DNA from: Octopus vulgaris
Taxonomy: Eukaryota
Assembly (NCBI GenBank): GCA_951406725.2
Contig: OX597815.1
Coordinates: forward strand, 51,522,001-51,586,000
DNA: 64,000 nt
Reading direction: 5' to 3'
Shown here: positions 1 to 13,573 of the stretch, piece after piece
Position numbering within the stretch: position 1 is the stretch's first letter
Layout of the letters: each line of letters opens with the position of its first letter
Notes under the pieces: model-generated
What the model was told of the DNA's origin: nothing
The model's input: the letters and a program-made list of their open reading frames with translations, nothing else
Database searches by the model: none
Made by a program: the position numbers and the translations under genes

Positions 1-28
1 TCTTTCTCATTTATATCACACATATATA

Positions 29-622
29 GGGTGCATGGCTCAGTGGTTAGAGCATCGCGCTTATGATCCTGAGGTTATGAGTTGGATTCCCGCACTGGGC
101 TGCGTGCTGTGTTCTTGAGCAAGACGCTTATTTGATGTTGCTCCCGTTAATTCAGCTGTAGAAATGAGTTGTGACATCACTGGTGCGAAGCTGTATCGGC
201 CTTTGCCTTTCCTTTGGATAATATCAGTAGTGTGGAGAGGGGAGGCTGGTATGCATGGGTGACTGCTGGCCTTCCACAAACAACCTTGCCCGGACTTGTG
301 CCTCGGAGGGTAACTTTCGGATCTTTACCTTTTGACTGACAGATTCAAAAAATAATCTTTTGTAACTAAACACTTTCAAACTTCATATAATGGTAGAATG
401 TGTCACATAAAACATCGTTTACTCTTGGCGTTGTTGAGAAAATTCTGCATTTTGGAAGTTATTTCTTGTTAAAGTTGTAGTATTTCGGTAATTTCAACCA
501 AGCAATGACATGTATTCAACTGAATAAAATTACTGCTGTTGTTTGTCAAAATATTATTTTTTAAATCTGTCGGCCAAAAGGTAAAGATGCTAACCTTCTA
601 GGTGCAATCCCATGGTCATTCA
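29..622 (+). mobile_element. tRNA-derived SINE, interrupted by a MITE at 319-590
   Basis: Pol III A box TGGCTCAGTGG, a degenerate B box GAGTTGGATTCCC and a CORE-like GTGTTCTTGAGCAAGAC. The SINE resumes after 598. Related heads lie on the - strand near 5230-5470 and 38330-38520. Confidence 0.8.
319..590. mobile_element. 272-bp MITE with ~37-bp TIRs and 8-bp TSD (Merlin- or hAT-like)
   Basis: Left end GGATCTTTACCTTTTGACTGACAGATTCAAAAAATAAT is the near reverse complement of the right end ATTATTTTTTAAATCTGTCGGCCAAAAGGTAAAGATGC. Flanks are TAACTTTC (311-318) and TAACCTTC (591-598). Confidence 0.9.
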
Positions 623-1159
623 TATATATGGGGAAATTTAATCATGACCTAGTAAGGCCACTTCTTTAATTCAGTATGTCTATGCAAATGTTCTGAGAGT
701 CCAGAAAGTTCCTATGCATGAATTTGTTTTGAGTGAATAAAGTTTTGCACAGTAATGAACCTACCTTCTAGTGCAATCAGCTATAAAGCTAATGGCGCAA
801 CAGACAATAAGGTTTTTCATACAAGTTTACTGTCTAATAGAAGAAAGTCGTAATGAGAACTATGGGCCCTTCACTTCCAGTAGTTTGCATGCTAGTTCAC
901 CCATACTTGAGACCCAGACAGATGCTACTACTCCAGGTCAGAGTAGAACTGGGAACAATAGTGAATAAGAAGTTGTTCCACACACCTTGAAACTTCCATA
1001 CCTAGACCCCACTACTAGATGGATGGATGGATACACACACAGGTATATATATATATTGATAGTAATGGTAAGGCAACAAAAGAATGAAAGAGACCTCGAT
1101 ATTATGTAAATAGAGGAATTTATCTGTAATATAATATGTGACAATTATTCGGTTGCCAT

Positions 1160-1220
1160 AATAGGACTCCGAGTTTCAGATGTCGGGGCGGAAACCTGCT
1201 CCGGCATCTCATCAGTTATT
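1160..1220 (-). ncRNA. Type I hammerhead ribozyme motif in a Penelope-like terminal-repeat remnant (~1075-1225)
   Basis: Minus strand reads AAUAA-CUGAUGA-GAUGCCGG...CCGACAUC-U-GAAAC-UCGGA-GUC-CUAUU. Same family as 14928-15215. Confidence 0.75.
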
Positions 1221-1236
1221 GAGGTAGTCACATATT

Positions 1237-1277
<41 letters not shown>

Positions 1278-1509
1278 CAGAAGTAACCGAGTGACTCAAG
1301 GTCCAAGAGTTTAATTAATATTTATTTCTGTTAAATATTAATAAAAATATACATACTCACTTTATTTAGTTCTATTTTTCCTGTTCGCACCACTATATTA
1401 TATATATATATATATATATGTATGTATGATTTAAATTTACAGAAAACAAAAAATGAAGACAGGTGTAAAAACAACAAGGTGTATATGTACTATAATATAT
1501 ACTGTACAA

Positions 1510-2170
1510 CAAGTCTTTGTAAGCAGAGTTTAGTGTCCAATGAATGAAAGGTATGCATAAGTGGGCATAGACCATGGGTTATGGTCTCACTTGGCTTGCC
1601 GGGTCTTCTCACACACTGCATATTTCAAAGGTCTGTCACTAATCATTGCCTCGTTGAGGCCTAATGTTCGAAGGTCATGCTTCACCAACTCATCCCAGGT
1701 CTTACTGGGTCTACCTCTTCAACAGGTTCCCTCAACCGCTAGGGTGTGGCACTTTTTCACACAGCTATCCTCCTCCATTCTCGCCACATGACCATACCAG
1801 CGCACCACATCTGATGCTTCATAGGTCCAACTTTTCTCTCAAGGTACTTACACTCTGTTGAGTATGCACACTGACATTACACATCCAGCAGAGCATACTG
1901 CCTTCATTCCTTGTGAACTTACACACGTCCTCAGCAGTCACATTCCATGTTTCACTGTCATGTAGCATGGCTGTTCGTACACATGTGTCATACAGTGTAC
2001 CTTTTACTCTGAGCAAGAGGCCCTTTGTCACCAGCAGAGGTAAGAGGTCTCTTAACTTTGCCAAGGCTATTCTTTTTCTAGCAGCTACAATTTCAGCGCA
2101 CCCTTCCCTGTTACTGACTTGGTTACCTAGGTAACAGAAGCTATCAACTACTTCTAGTTTTTCTCCCTGA
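1510..2170 (-). mobile_element. RTE-clade LINE, decayed 3' part of the reverse transcriptase ORF
   Basis: Translation [11 protein letters not shown]...AARKRIALAKLRDLLPLL...VRTAMLHDSETW...EGSMLCWMC is typical of the RTE RT C-terminus. The N-terminal part of ORF 1819..2631 is microsatellite. Confidence 0.85.
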
Positions 2171-2225
2171 AATGTGGCGGAAGTTGTTCTCTGCACGTAT
2201 ACAAATTCATACATATATATATATA

Positions 2226-2271
<46 letters not shown>

Positions 2272-2405
2272 CATGTTTATATATATATACATACACATAT
2301 ATATACATACATATACAAATATAAAGTTAATCCAAATATGAAAGCACAAAAAACACAACAACGCGAGGACGTGGAACAAATATAGGAAAGAAGGAAAGAA
2401 GGAGG

Positions 2406-2440
2406 GTTTAACGTTTCGAGCAGAGCTCTTCGTCAGAAAC
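2406..2440 (-). ncRNA. Minimal hammerhead ribozyme motif (no stem III, Penelope type)
   Basis: Minus strand reads GUUU-CUGACGA-A-GAGC-UCU-GCUC-GAAAC-GUU-AAAC, with perfect stems I and II and palindromic AACGUU replacing helix III. Confidence 0.8.
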
Positions 2441-2644
2441 ATAGGAGAAGGAAAGATCCAGAGAAGGGAAGACAGAGGGAAAAAAATCGCCAACGGTACA
2501 CATGCAGTCACATTTTGAAATATACAAATATACATATATATATATACACACACACATACAAACATATATATGTATAAATACATATACAAACATATATATA
2601 CATACATATACAAACACACACACACATACACATGTATATATATG

Positions 2645-2682
<38 letters not shown>

Positions 2683-2959
2683 AAATATATACTTAAAATA
2701 ATATAGGATAGCAAAACTATAGGAATTTTTCTACCACTGGCCTAGGATGTATAAAAAGTCAATAGACAACATATTTTCATATAAAATTAGTGTACATTTA
2801 AAAAGGAGAAGAGGTGACCCTCAACAAGTCACCTTACATGCTAGAAGGAACAGTCAAAAGTCCAAACCACAGTTAAGAGCAAATTCGAAGGGATTGAAAA
2901 ATCTCTTTGAAATATTGCTCTTTTTGTGTTTCAGAGTACACTAATTTTATACAAAAATG

Positions 2960-2991
<32 letters not shown>

Positions 2992-3108
2992 AATATATAT
3001 AATCTTATGGAACTAAACTATGATACCATATGATTGGTAAGCAAGCACCTTAACCTTACAGCCATGCCTGTACCACAACCAGGCATTGAGAAAGATAGTG
3101 TGAAAACT

Positions 3109-3183
<75 letters not shown>

Positions 3184-3206
3184 TATATATGTATAGATAG
3201 ATATAT

Positions 3207-3267
<61 letters not shown>

Positions 3268-3444
3268 TTAGACAGACAGACAGACAGACAGACAAATAGA
3301 TAGATAGATATACATATACATGCACACACAAAAATATAGATATCCCTATATACTGACAAACCCCAATTATACATACAGAGATATATAGATAAATAAATAG
3401 TTCTCTGCACGTATACAAATTCATACATATATATATATGTGTGC

Positions 3445-3489
<45 letters not shown>

Positions 3490-3670
3490 CATGTTTGGAA
3501 AGATCCAGAGAAGGGAAGACAGAGGGAAAAAAATTGCCAACAGTACACATGCAGTCACATTTTGAAATATACAAATATACATATATATATATATACACAC
3601 ATACAAACATATATATGTATAATACATATATATATATACATACATATACAAACATACATACATACACATG

Positions 3671-3710
<40 letters not shown>

Positions 3711-3807
3711 AATATATACTTAAAATAATATAGGATAGCAAAACTATAGGAATTTTTCTACCACTGGCCTAGGATGTATAAAAAGTCAATAGACAACATA
3801 TTTTCCA

Positions 3808-4045
3808 TATAAAATTAGTGTACATTTAAACAGGAGAAGAGGTGACCCTCAACAAGTCACCTTACATGCTAGAAGGAACAGTCAAAAGTCCAAACCACAG
3901 TTAAGAGCAAATTCGAAGGGATTGAAAAATCTCTTTGAAATATTGCTCTTAACTGTGGTTTGAACTTTTGACTGTCCTTTCCAGCACATAAGGCGACCTG
4001 TTAAGGGTCACCTCTTTTTGTGTTTCAGAGTACACTAATTTTATA
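3808..4045. repeat. Long imperfect fold-back inverted repeat (~115-bp arms)
   Basis: TATAAAATTAGTGTAC...CAGTCAAAAGTCCAAACCACAGTTAAGAGCAA pairs with TTGCTCTTAACTGTGGTTTGAACTTTTGACTG...GTACACTAATTTTATA. Confidence 0.9.
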
Positions 4046-4053
4046 CAAAAATG

Positions 4054-4085
<32 letters not shown>

Positions 4086-4231
4086 AATATATATAATCTC
4101 CTGGTAAGATCTTATCATTTGGTGTGTACTTATATATACACACCCAAATAATATATACATACAAACACATACATATATAAATAAATGATTACATAAATAA
4201 ACAAATATATTTATATATATAAATAAGTATA

Positions 4232-4288
<57 letters not shown>

Positions 4289-4438
4289 GGGCTTATTTCA
4301 GGTTCATTCCACTAAATCCACAAGTAAGGTTTAGCAAGGGGAAACATGCACAAGGTCCCACGTATGGAACTAAACTATGATACCATATGATTGGTAAGCA
4401 AGCACCTTAACCTAAGCCATGCCTGTACAAATATGTGC

Positions 4439-4515
<77 letters not shown>

Positions 4516-4550
4516 GATAGATATATATAGATAGATAGATAGATATATGT

Positions 4551-4611
<61 letters not shown>

Positions 4612-4774
4612 GACAGACAGACAGACAAATAGACAAATAGATAGATAGATATACATATACATGCACACACAAAAATATAGATATCCCTATATACTGACAA
4701 ACCCCAATTATACATACAGAGATATATAGATAGATAAATAGCTAAATAGAGAAGAATGTACATACATATGTATA

Positions 4775-4814
<40 letters not shown>

Positions 4815-5193
4815 AATAATAATAAAGGGTAAAATTAATTAATTAATTAATAATTTTACCAAGTAGTTCAGTATGTGAAAAGAACCATTATCAGTAAACT
4901 TAAAAACAAAATATAAAAAACACGCAGCAAAAACACACACACAAAAACACACAAAACACACAAACACACACACAACACTATACAGCAGTAAATCAACATC
5001 CGAAAAAGAAGCACACATATTATAGAGCTATAACAAAGATATATCCATTTGATTAGTTATCTCTAGTTTACAGTTAATCAAAGCCGGTGGACAGGTTTCT
5101 GAGATTGTTGGTTATGAATGACAGATATAACTAGTTTTAATTGCTATTTCTAAATTTGTATGTAGTGAAGCAAATTTTTTGCTGAACCCTAAT

Positions 5194-5225
<32 letters not shown>

Positions 5226-5229
5226 AAAT

Positions 5230-5470
5230 ATGGTTAGTCGGCATTATTCCATAAGTAACACAGAGCCAGTTTCCCAGTTTCTCTGGCGTATATATTCCTC
5301 CTTGGACAAGATGCCATTTTGTAGCAGGATTACTCATTTTTACAAGCTGAGTGAAACAGAGCACTGTCAAAATGAGGTATTTTGCTCAAGAACACAAACC
5401 ATTGCCCAGGTCTGGAAATGAAACCATCATCATGAGTCCAACATTCTAAACACTAAGCCATTTCCCTCCA
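5230..5470 (-). mobile_element. tRNA-derived SINE (head related to 29-318)
   Basis: Minus strand TGGCTTAGTG A box followed by GTGTTCTTGAGCAA. Similar to the copy at ~38330-38520. Confidence 0.7.
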
Positions 5471-5901
5471 GTTATATATATTTTTGTGTGTGCTTGTGTG
5501 TATGTGTATGTGTGTGTGTATATATATATGTATATATTTGCATATGTATGCATATACATAGAGATATGTCTATAATATATATCTGTGTGAATATGTGTAT
5601 GTGTGCATGTGCTTATGAGTATATGTATAATTTTATTACTATTTAACAGAGGTTTCATGTATTTGATAAGATCCAACACACAAAACCTCGAGTCACTCTG
5701 TTGCTTCTACTAAATATTAATGAAAATAATATACATACATATATATATTATATATCTGTATGAATAGGAGTGTGTGTGTGTGTATGTGATTGTAAATATG
5801 GGAGTAAACTTGTAAACGTGTACACATACATTACATCTACATATATATTATAGACATATCTATGTTTATACACACCTTTACAAATATATACAAATATGTG
5901 C

Positions 5902-5948
<47 letters not shown>

Positions 5949-5962
5949 CACACACACACATA

Positions 5963-6002
<40 letters not shown>

Positions 6003-6188
6003 CATACTTACAGGTGTGGAGATGGAAATAGGAAAAATAGAACTCAAAGTATGAATATATGAATAATTTTATTAACATTTAACACAAGTTTAATGTGTTT
6101 GATAAGATCCAACATACAAAACTTTTGGACCTTGAGTCACTCTATTGCTTCTACTAAATATTAATAAAAATTATATACATATATATAC

Positions 6189-6243
<55 letters not shown>

Positions 6244-6281
6244 ATACATACACACACATACACACACGCACACACACGCAC

Positions 6282-6318
<37 letters not shown>

Positions 6319-6327
6319 TCACACATA

Positions 6328-6439
<112 letters not shown>

Positions 6440-6499
6440 CAGCAGTAAATCATACATCCGAAAAAGAAGCACACACTAAGTTATAGAGCAGCAGGGTAT

Positions 6500-6690
6500 A
6501 TAGATAAAGATAGATATGGCCAGTCTATGAGGTTATGTTGGGTTTCACATCCATAAAGCGCTTAGCTTTACAGCGTTTCTTCAGACCCTAAACCTGTTGG
6601 CCTACAGGTTTAGGTTCTGAAGAAACACTGTAAAGTTAAGCGCTTATGGACATGAAACCCCACAGACTGGCCATAACTATCTTTATCTAT
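6500..6690. repeat. Fold-back inverted repeat with a degenerate hammerhead-like core in each arm
   Basis: Arms pair around AAACCTGT-TGGCCT-ACAGGTTT. CTGAAGA...GAAAC occurs on + (6617-6658) and mirrored on -. Confidence 0.8.
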
Positions 6691-6799
6691 CTATCTCTCT
6701 ATATATGTTTGTATGTATGTATGTATATATATGTATATGTATGTGTGTATCCGTGTATGTGTCTATATGTATGTATATCTGTATATGTATATATATTAT

Positions 6800-6980
6800 A
6801 AGGCAAGCTGGCAGAACCTGTAGCACATCTTCATATTGTGAGTTCAAATTCCACTGAGGTTGACTTTGCCTTTCATCTTATAAGTGTCAATAAAATAAGT
6901 ACCAGTTGAACACTGGGGTCCAAGTAATCGACTAGCCCCCTCTCCCAAAATTGCTGGTCTTGTGCTAAAATTTCAAACCA
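6800..6980 (+). mobile_element. SINE of the GGCAAGCTGGCAGAA-head family
   Basis: B-box GAGTTCAAATTCC, GACTTTGCCTTTCATC and the tail CCAAAATTGCTGG...TTTCAAACC. Other copies at ~28840-29245, 31130-31330, 41000-41215, 49330-50015 and 55615-55815. Confidence 0.75.
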
Positions 6981-7004
6981 AGATATATATATACACGTGT
7001 GTAG

Positions 7005-7061
<57 letters not shown>

Positions 7062-7577
7062 GATAAGGCATATATATGTACATGCCCTCATGCATAGTAA
7101 CAAATTCTAATACACACAAGCCTATACATGTGAGAATGTCTGTATATATATATGTATGCATGCACACATTTGTGTATGGGTCAGTACACATCATCATCCC
7201 CAGCGCCAGCAGCATCAAACTTTGTGTACTTTTTATCCCATAATATGGGTTTAGCAAGACTTCAAGTGGTAGATTTTCTATAACCAAATGTTCTCCTTAC
7301 AAATCCCTAATTTGTTTTATAACTAAAGCATCTATTCAATCAAGTGATCCTCACGTGTCAAGCAACAACATATATGAATTTGTCAAAAAGATAATACAAA
7401 GAAAGTTATTAACACACAAAAAAAAACACAGCATCAACACACTCCCAGATACATGCACACACACACACATATATATATATATTATGGATATATTTATTAT
7501 TATTAAATAAAAATAAAAAAAACACACAATATCATAAAATATTTCACATTTATTTTTATTTTTTAAATTTAAAATTT

Positions 7578-7612
<35 letters not shown>

Positions 7613-7677
7613 TATAATATATATATTAAATATATAAAGTATATTTTTATATTTTTTATTTTTTTTTTTTATATATA

Positions 7678-7721
<44 letters not shown>

Positions 7722-7769
7722 ACACCAACAAAAAAAAAAAAGGGAAAAAACTCCTCAAATGCACACATG

Positions 7770-8119
7770 GGAATGTGGTGCAACATACTCCAACCTATCA
7801 AGAGGACAGCATACAATTTCCAAGCATCCAACAAAGATGTTCCTACACTATACAGGCTACGCAAAGACCACAAACCCTACATAAACCCTGTCACGGGGCC
7901 CCCAAACAGACCAGTTTGCAGAGTAGATATCTCCAGCAACTATAGACTGTCCTACTTCCTCTCATAGGTATTTGCAACCTCTCATAGAGATGTCTCCAGA
8001 TGTCTGTGTGAGCACAGAAGATCTCCTCAGTAAAATCAGTACTTGCAACCACTCCAACGAGGTTGTGTAGTGGGTAGTATGGATGTGATTTCACTCTACC
8101 CATCTATGGACATAGATTT

Positions 8120-8122
<3 letters not shown>
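7770..8122 (+). pseudogene. Penelope-like element reverse transcriptase fragment (frameshifted)
   Basis: PTLYRLRKDHK...GPPNRPVC...SSNYRLSYFLS, then in another frame [13 protein letters not shown]. These match PLE RT motifs P.LY.L.K.HK, P.RP and S.DV.SLYP. The fragment ends in (TA)n. Confidence 0.85.
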
Positions 8123-8157
<35 letters not shown>

Positions 8158-8359
8158 GATATATATGTACACACATATATATACATATATTTATATATGT
8201 ACACACATATATATATACATATATATACACACACATATATACATATATACATACATATATACATATATACATACATATATATATACATATATATACATAT
8301 ATATATACATATATATACATACATATATACATATATACACATATATACACATATATAAG

Positions 8360-8929
<570 letters not shown>

Positions 8930-9475
8930 GTGACTCCCAGTCATCAGTGTCACTCGGGCCCATCACAGATTTCGCATAAGACACTGCTCAAATAATTTCT
9001 CCTTTTTCCACTTTATTTCTAGTCCCAAATGGCTTCTTTTTTATGTTTAGCACTATGTCTTTTTCCATTTCTAAATTAAGGGTAAAAATACAGCAACCCT
9101 GCAAAACACAACTGATCTTTGCACACAGACACACAGAGTAACAGCAATCAAATAATGACAGTAGAGTGCACAACAAACGTTAGCAATCTGACTGGTAGAT
9201 GGAAACTGAAAGAAGGCCATTGCATGTGTGTGTGCACGCGCACGTGTATCTTAGTGTCTGTGCTTGTCCCCTCATCAGCACTTGATAATCAGTGTTTGTG
9301 TGATTATGTCCCTGTAACTTAGTGGTTCGGCAAAAGAAACCAATAGAATAAGTACTAGACATAAAAAATAAGTCCTGGGGTCGATTTGTTCAACTAAAAA
9401 AACACCCCAAGGTGGTGCTCCAGCATGGCTGTAGTCAAATGACAGAAACAAGTAAAAGAATACGAGAATAAAAGT

Positions 9476-10030
<555 letters not shown>

Positions 10031-10744
10031 TACATATGTAAATTTTGGAGGTGTACTTGTCAGGCATGTGCTTTTAATCAGTGTTGTGCATATGTAAAGT
10101 ATTTATAAACACACACACACACACATAAATATATATATTTATACAAACACATATATAGTTGTGTGTGTATGTTTGCATTTACACACATAAAGTACTACAG
10201 AGACTATAAATGCATAATAGTTATTATTATTATTATTATTTATCATTTTTATTATTGTTTCCCGTCTGCTTGAAATATTTGATAGTGATAAATATAAAAT
10301 ATACACAAGTTTCAATTATACAGAGGCTACAAATAAAACTTCAATTTAAATATATCAAATTTCAAAACTGAAATTGATAAACACACACGCACGCACATCC
10401 TAAACCTATTTCTGTACATATTGGTTAATATATATGTACGTAAAGGCAACTGGCTCTAGCAGACAGTTCAGTGACTGTGCTTTACAGTCAAGGGGAGATA
10501 ATGCTAACTCTATGTAGAAATTTGCTGCAGATGAATGCTTCGACTAAATTTGATAATTTCCAGCAATAAAATGATTTTGAAACAAATTATTTTGTATGTA
10601 ATTAAGTTTTTAATAGCAACTTGAAATGGAGCTGGTTTAAAAGAAGTCCCAATAATAATCCATTCACAAAATATTGCCTATCATTTCTTTAATATATTTT
10701 TAAAACTATTAACATGAACCATATATTTAAACGTATCTTTATAT

Positions 10745-11570
10745 CACTTGTTTCAGTCACTGGACTGCGGCCACACTGGAGTATTACCTTGAAGCATTTT
10801 AGTCAAACAAATCAATGCCAGTACTTATCCTTTAAGCATGGCACTTATTATATCTTTTTTGCCGAACCACTAAGTTACAGGGAAGACGTCAAGTGCTGGT
10901 AGGACACGGACACACAAAAACTCACGCGCGCGCACACACACACACACACACAAGCGCACATACAGTGGGCTTCTTTGATTTTCCATCTACCAAATCGGTC
11001 GGCCCAAGGCTATAGTAAAAGACATTTGCCCAAGATTCCACACAGTGGGACTGAACCCAGAACCTTGTAGTTGGAAGCAAACTTGTTACCACAAAGCCAC
11101 ACTTGCCCCCATAAATCCCCACCTGCATATGTTTATTCTTTTACGAATAACAGTTATTAGACTAGGAATAGCCACCTTTATTTTCACTATATCCTTTATC
11201 TTTTACTTGTTTCAGTCATTAGACCTGAAGAATTTTAGTTGAACTTATTGACACCAGTATTCATAATTTTTTTTTTTTATAAAGTTTGGTACTTATTCTA
11301 TCAGTTTCTTTTGCTGAACTGCTAAGTTACAGGGACATAAACACACCAACAATAGTTGTCAAGCGTGGGGGGGGAGGGCAAACACATACACAAAGCCACG
11401 CAGAAGAGGTTTCTTTCAGTTTCTGCATTCCAGATCCACTCACAAAACTTTGGTTGGCCCAAGACTATAGTAGAAGACACTTACCCGATGTGTCACACGG
11501 TGGGACTGAACCCGGAACCATGTGGTTGGGAAACAAGCTTCTTACCACAACCACACCTGCACCTATAGTT
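10745..11570 (-). mobile_element. Two tandem bipartite SINE copies (~10745-11110, ~11195-11570)
   Basis: Each has the reverse complement of the head, CAGTGGGACTGAACCC...CTT.TTACCACA, and of the tail, CTTGTTTCAGTCA. Confidence 0.8.
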
Positions 11571-12007
11571 TAATTTTCTCTATCATTTTCTACAAGAAAT
11601 GTCTTCATTTAAAATACAACATATACTTTCCAGCAATTAGAGTTTTTACACATACATAACTGGCTTGACACTAGTTTATATTTCAATAAGATTATCATTT
11701 ACAATGGCTTGCCTAATAAAAGATCCCATGTGTGTCATGGGTGAATTCCACTCAGATATTCTCAGTGTTTTTTTTTTTCCATTTTCCCAGTGTTCCTTGT
11801 TGAAGATATCATAAAATTAATATTATCAAAAAGGCAACACTACATTAAAGGAGGTATAGTTACAAAATAATTTTTTAAATTGATTTATGTCAAAATGCCT
11901 CAAATAGTTTAATGTGACCACCTTGGAACACAAAGACTTTCCAGAAGATTTCACGTTGAAGATATTGTAAACAAGGCTCCAGTCTGAGCTTAGAGAAGTC
12001 CATATCT

Positions 12008-12061
12008 TAATAGATGTATGTATATAATATATAAATATATAATAGATGTATGTATATACTA

Positions 12062-12101
<40 letters not shown>

Positions 12102-12143
12102 TGTATGTATATAATATATATATATATAATAGATGTATGTATA

Positions 12144-12181
<38 letters not shown>

Positions 12182-12221
12182 TGTATGTATATAATATATA
12201 TATATAATAGATGTATGTATA

Positions 12222-12270
<49 letters not shown>

Positions 12271-12312
12271 GATGTATGTATATAATATATATATATAATA
12301 GATGTATGTATA

Positions 12313-12353
<41 letters not shown>

Positions 12354-12422
12354 GATGTATGTATATAATATATATATATATATAATAGATGTATGTATAT
12401 AATATTATATATATATATATAG
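12008..12422. repeat. Compound minisatellite: ATAGATGTATGTATATAAT plus variable (TA)n
   Basis: The motif TAGATGTATGTATATA recurs about 10 times, separated by TA runs of different length. Confidence 0.92.
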
Positions 12423-12560
12423 AATATATATTCACACATGCACACATATATATATGCATATGCATTTATACGTATATAAAACATATGCATGTAAGCACTT
12501 TAAGTACATCTATATGTGTGTGTGTGTGCATATATGTATTAATATATAGATGCATGTGTG

Positions 12561-12604
<44 letters not shown>

Positions 12605-13298
12605 TTAGATATGTGTGTGCACACGTGTGTGTGTGTGCACACATGCGTACGGAGTCACACAGATGTACACACATGCACACACAGTTTCTTTCAGTTTCTA
12701 ACAACCAAAATGAATTACAAGGCTTTGGTCAACCTTGGGTTATAGAAGACACACAAATTGCTATGCAGTGGGACTGAAATCTAAAGCATGTTGTTGGGAA
12801 GCAAACTTTATTATTACATAGTCATAACTATGCCTACACATGTGTGTGCGTGTGTGTGTGTGTCCACAGGTGTGTGTGTGTGTGTGTGCACAGGTGTGTG
12901 TGTTAGTGTCTGTGTGTTAGTGTGTGTGCATGCTTGTGGGTTTTAAAGCTAAAAAGGTAGTTATTTTTTCTAAATATGGGTGGGTTGAGAGGGGGTCCTA
13001 ACTCTGAAATACTGAAACACTAAGAAACAGTATTAATCATCAACATGTATTTTTAATTTTTAACTTGAATTGTTTTGACTTTAAAAATAAAATATTCAAA
13101 ACATTTATATATATATATAAAATTTCTTCACACAACTTGATTAAAAATTCAATATGAGCTATATGTAGACATGCACAAATTCTGTAAGTTTAAAAACCTT
13201 TCATCAGATCTCCATGAATCGAACTTTCTTCAATGCAGTTAATCTTACAACCTCTTTTGTATCTACCCCTTTTGATGTTTGGGAATTCTCTGATGTTT

Positions 13299-13386
13299 TT
13301 TCGGCTGACGAGTACGAGCCATCTGTATTCACTGCATTTTTTGTAGCTTATTAAAGATGTCCTCGTACGAAACGATCGTACCGAGA
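13299..13386 (+). ncRNA. Type I hammerhead ribozyme with intact catalytic core
   Basis: Stem I UUUCGG/CCGAGA; CUGACGA (13305-11); stem II GUACGAG/CUCGUAC plus CAUCU/AGAUG; GAAAC (13369-73); palindromic ACGAUCGU stem III; GUA triplet, with predicted cleavage after 13380. Confidence 0.9.
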
Positions 13387-13533
13387 TTTTAATCCATTCT
13401 TGTTGCTTTTTTCCTATTTGTAATCACCCCACTTGTCGTATGGTTAACACCATATAGATTTCCGGTGCATCCTAGTTAAGGACCATATTCATGTGAATTC
13501 TTTAGAATTCACTTGAATCTCAATTACTTAACC

Positions 13534-13573
<40 letters not shown>

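Larger units (their letters stand above)
2186..4741. repeat. Tandem duplication of ~1.2-1.3 kb (copy A ~2186-3400, copy B ~3401-4741)
   Basis: Same ordered blocks in both copies: TTCTCTGCACGTATACAAATTC; GGAAAGATCCAGAGAAGGG; ATAGGATAGCAAAACTATAGG...; TATGGAACTAAACTATGATACC; GATATCCCTATATACTGACAAACCCC. Confidence 0.9.

Noticed and set aside
29-105. tRNA gene
   Set aside because: The cloverleaf is imperfect and runs into a SINE body, so it is a SINE head.
7480-7745. Extreme poly-A/poly-T block
   Set aside because: It looks like low-quality consensus of a microsatellite region and has no interpretable structure.
12008-12422. CRISPR-like repeat-spacer pattern
   Set aside because: The 'spacers' are only TA runs, there are no cas genes, and the context is eukaryotic.
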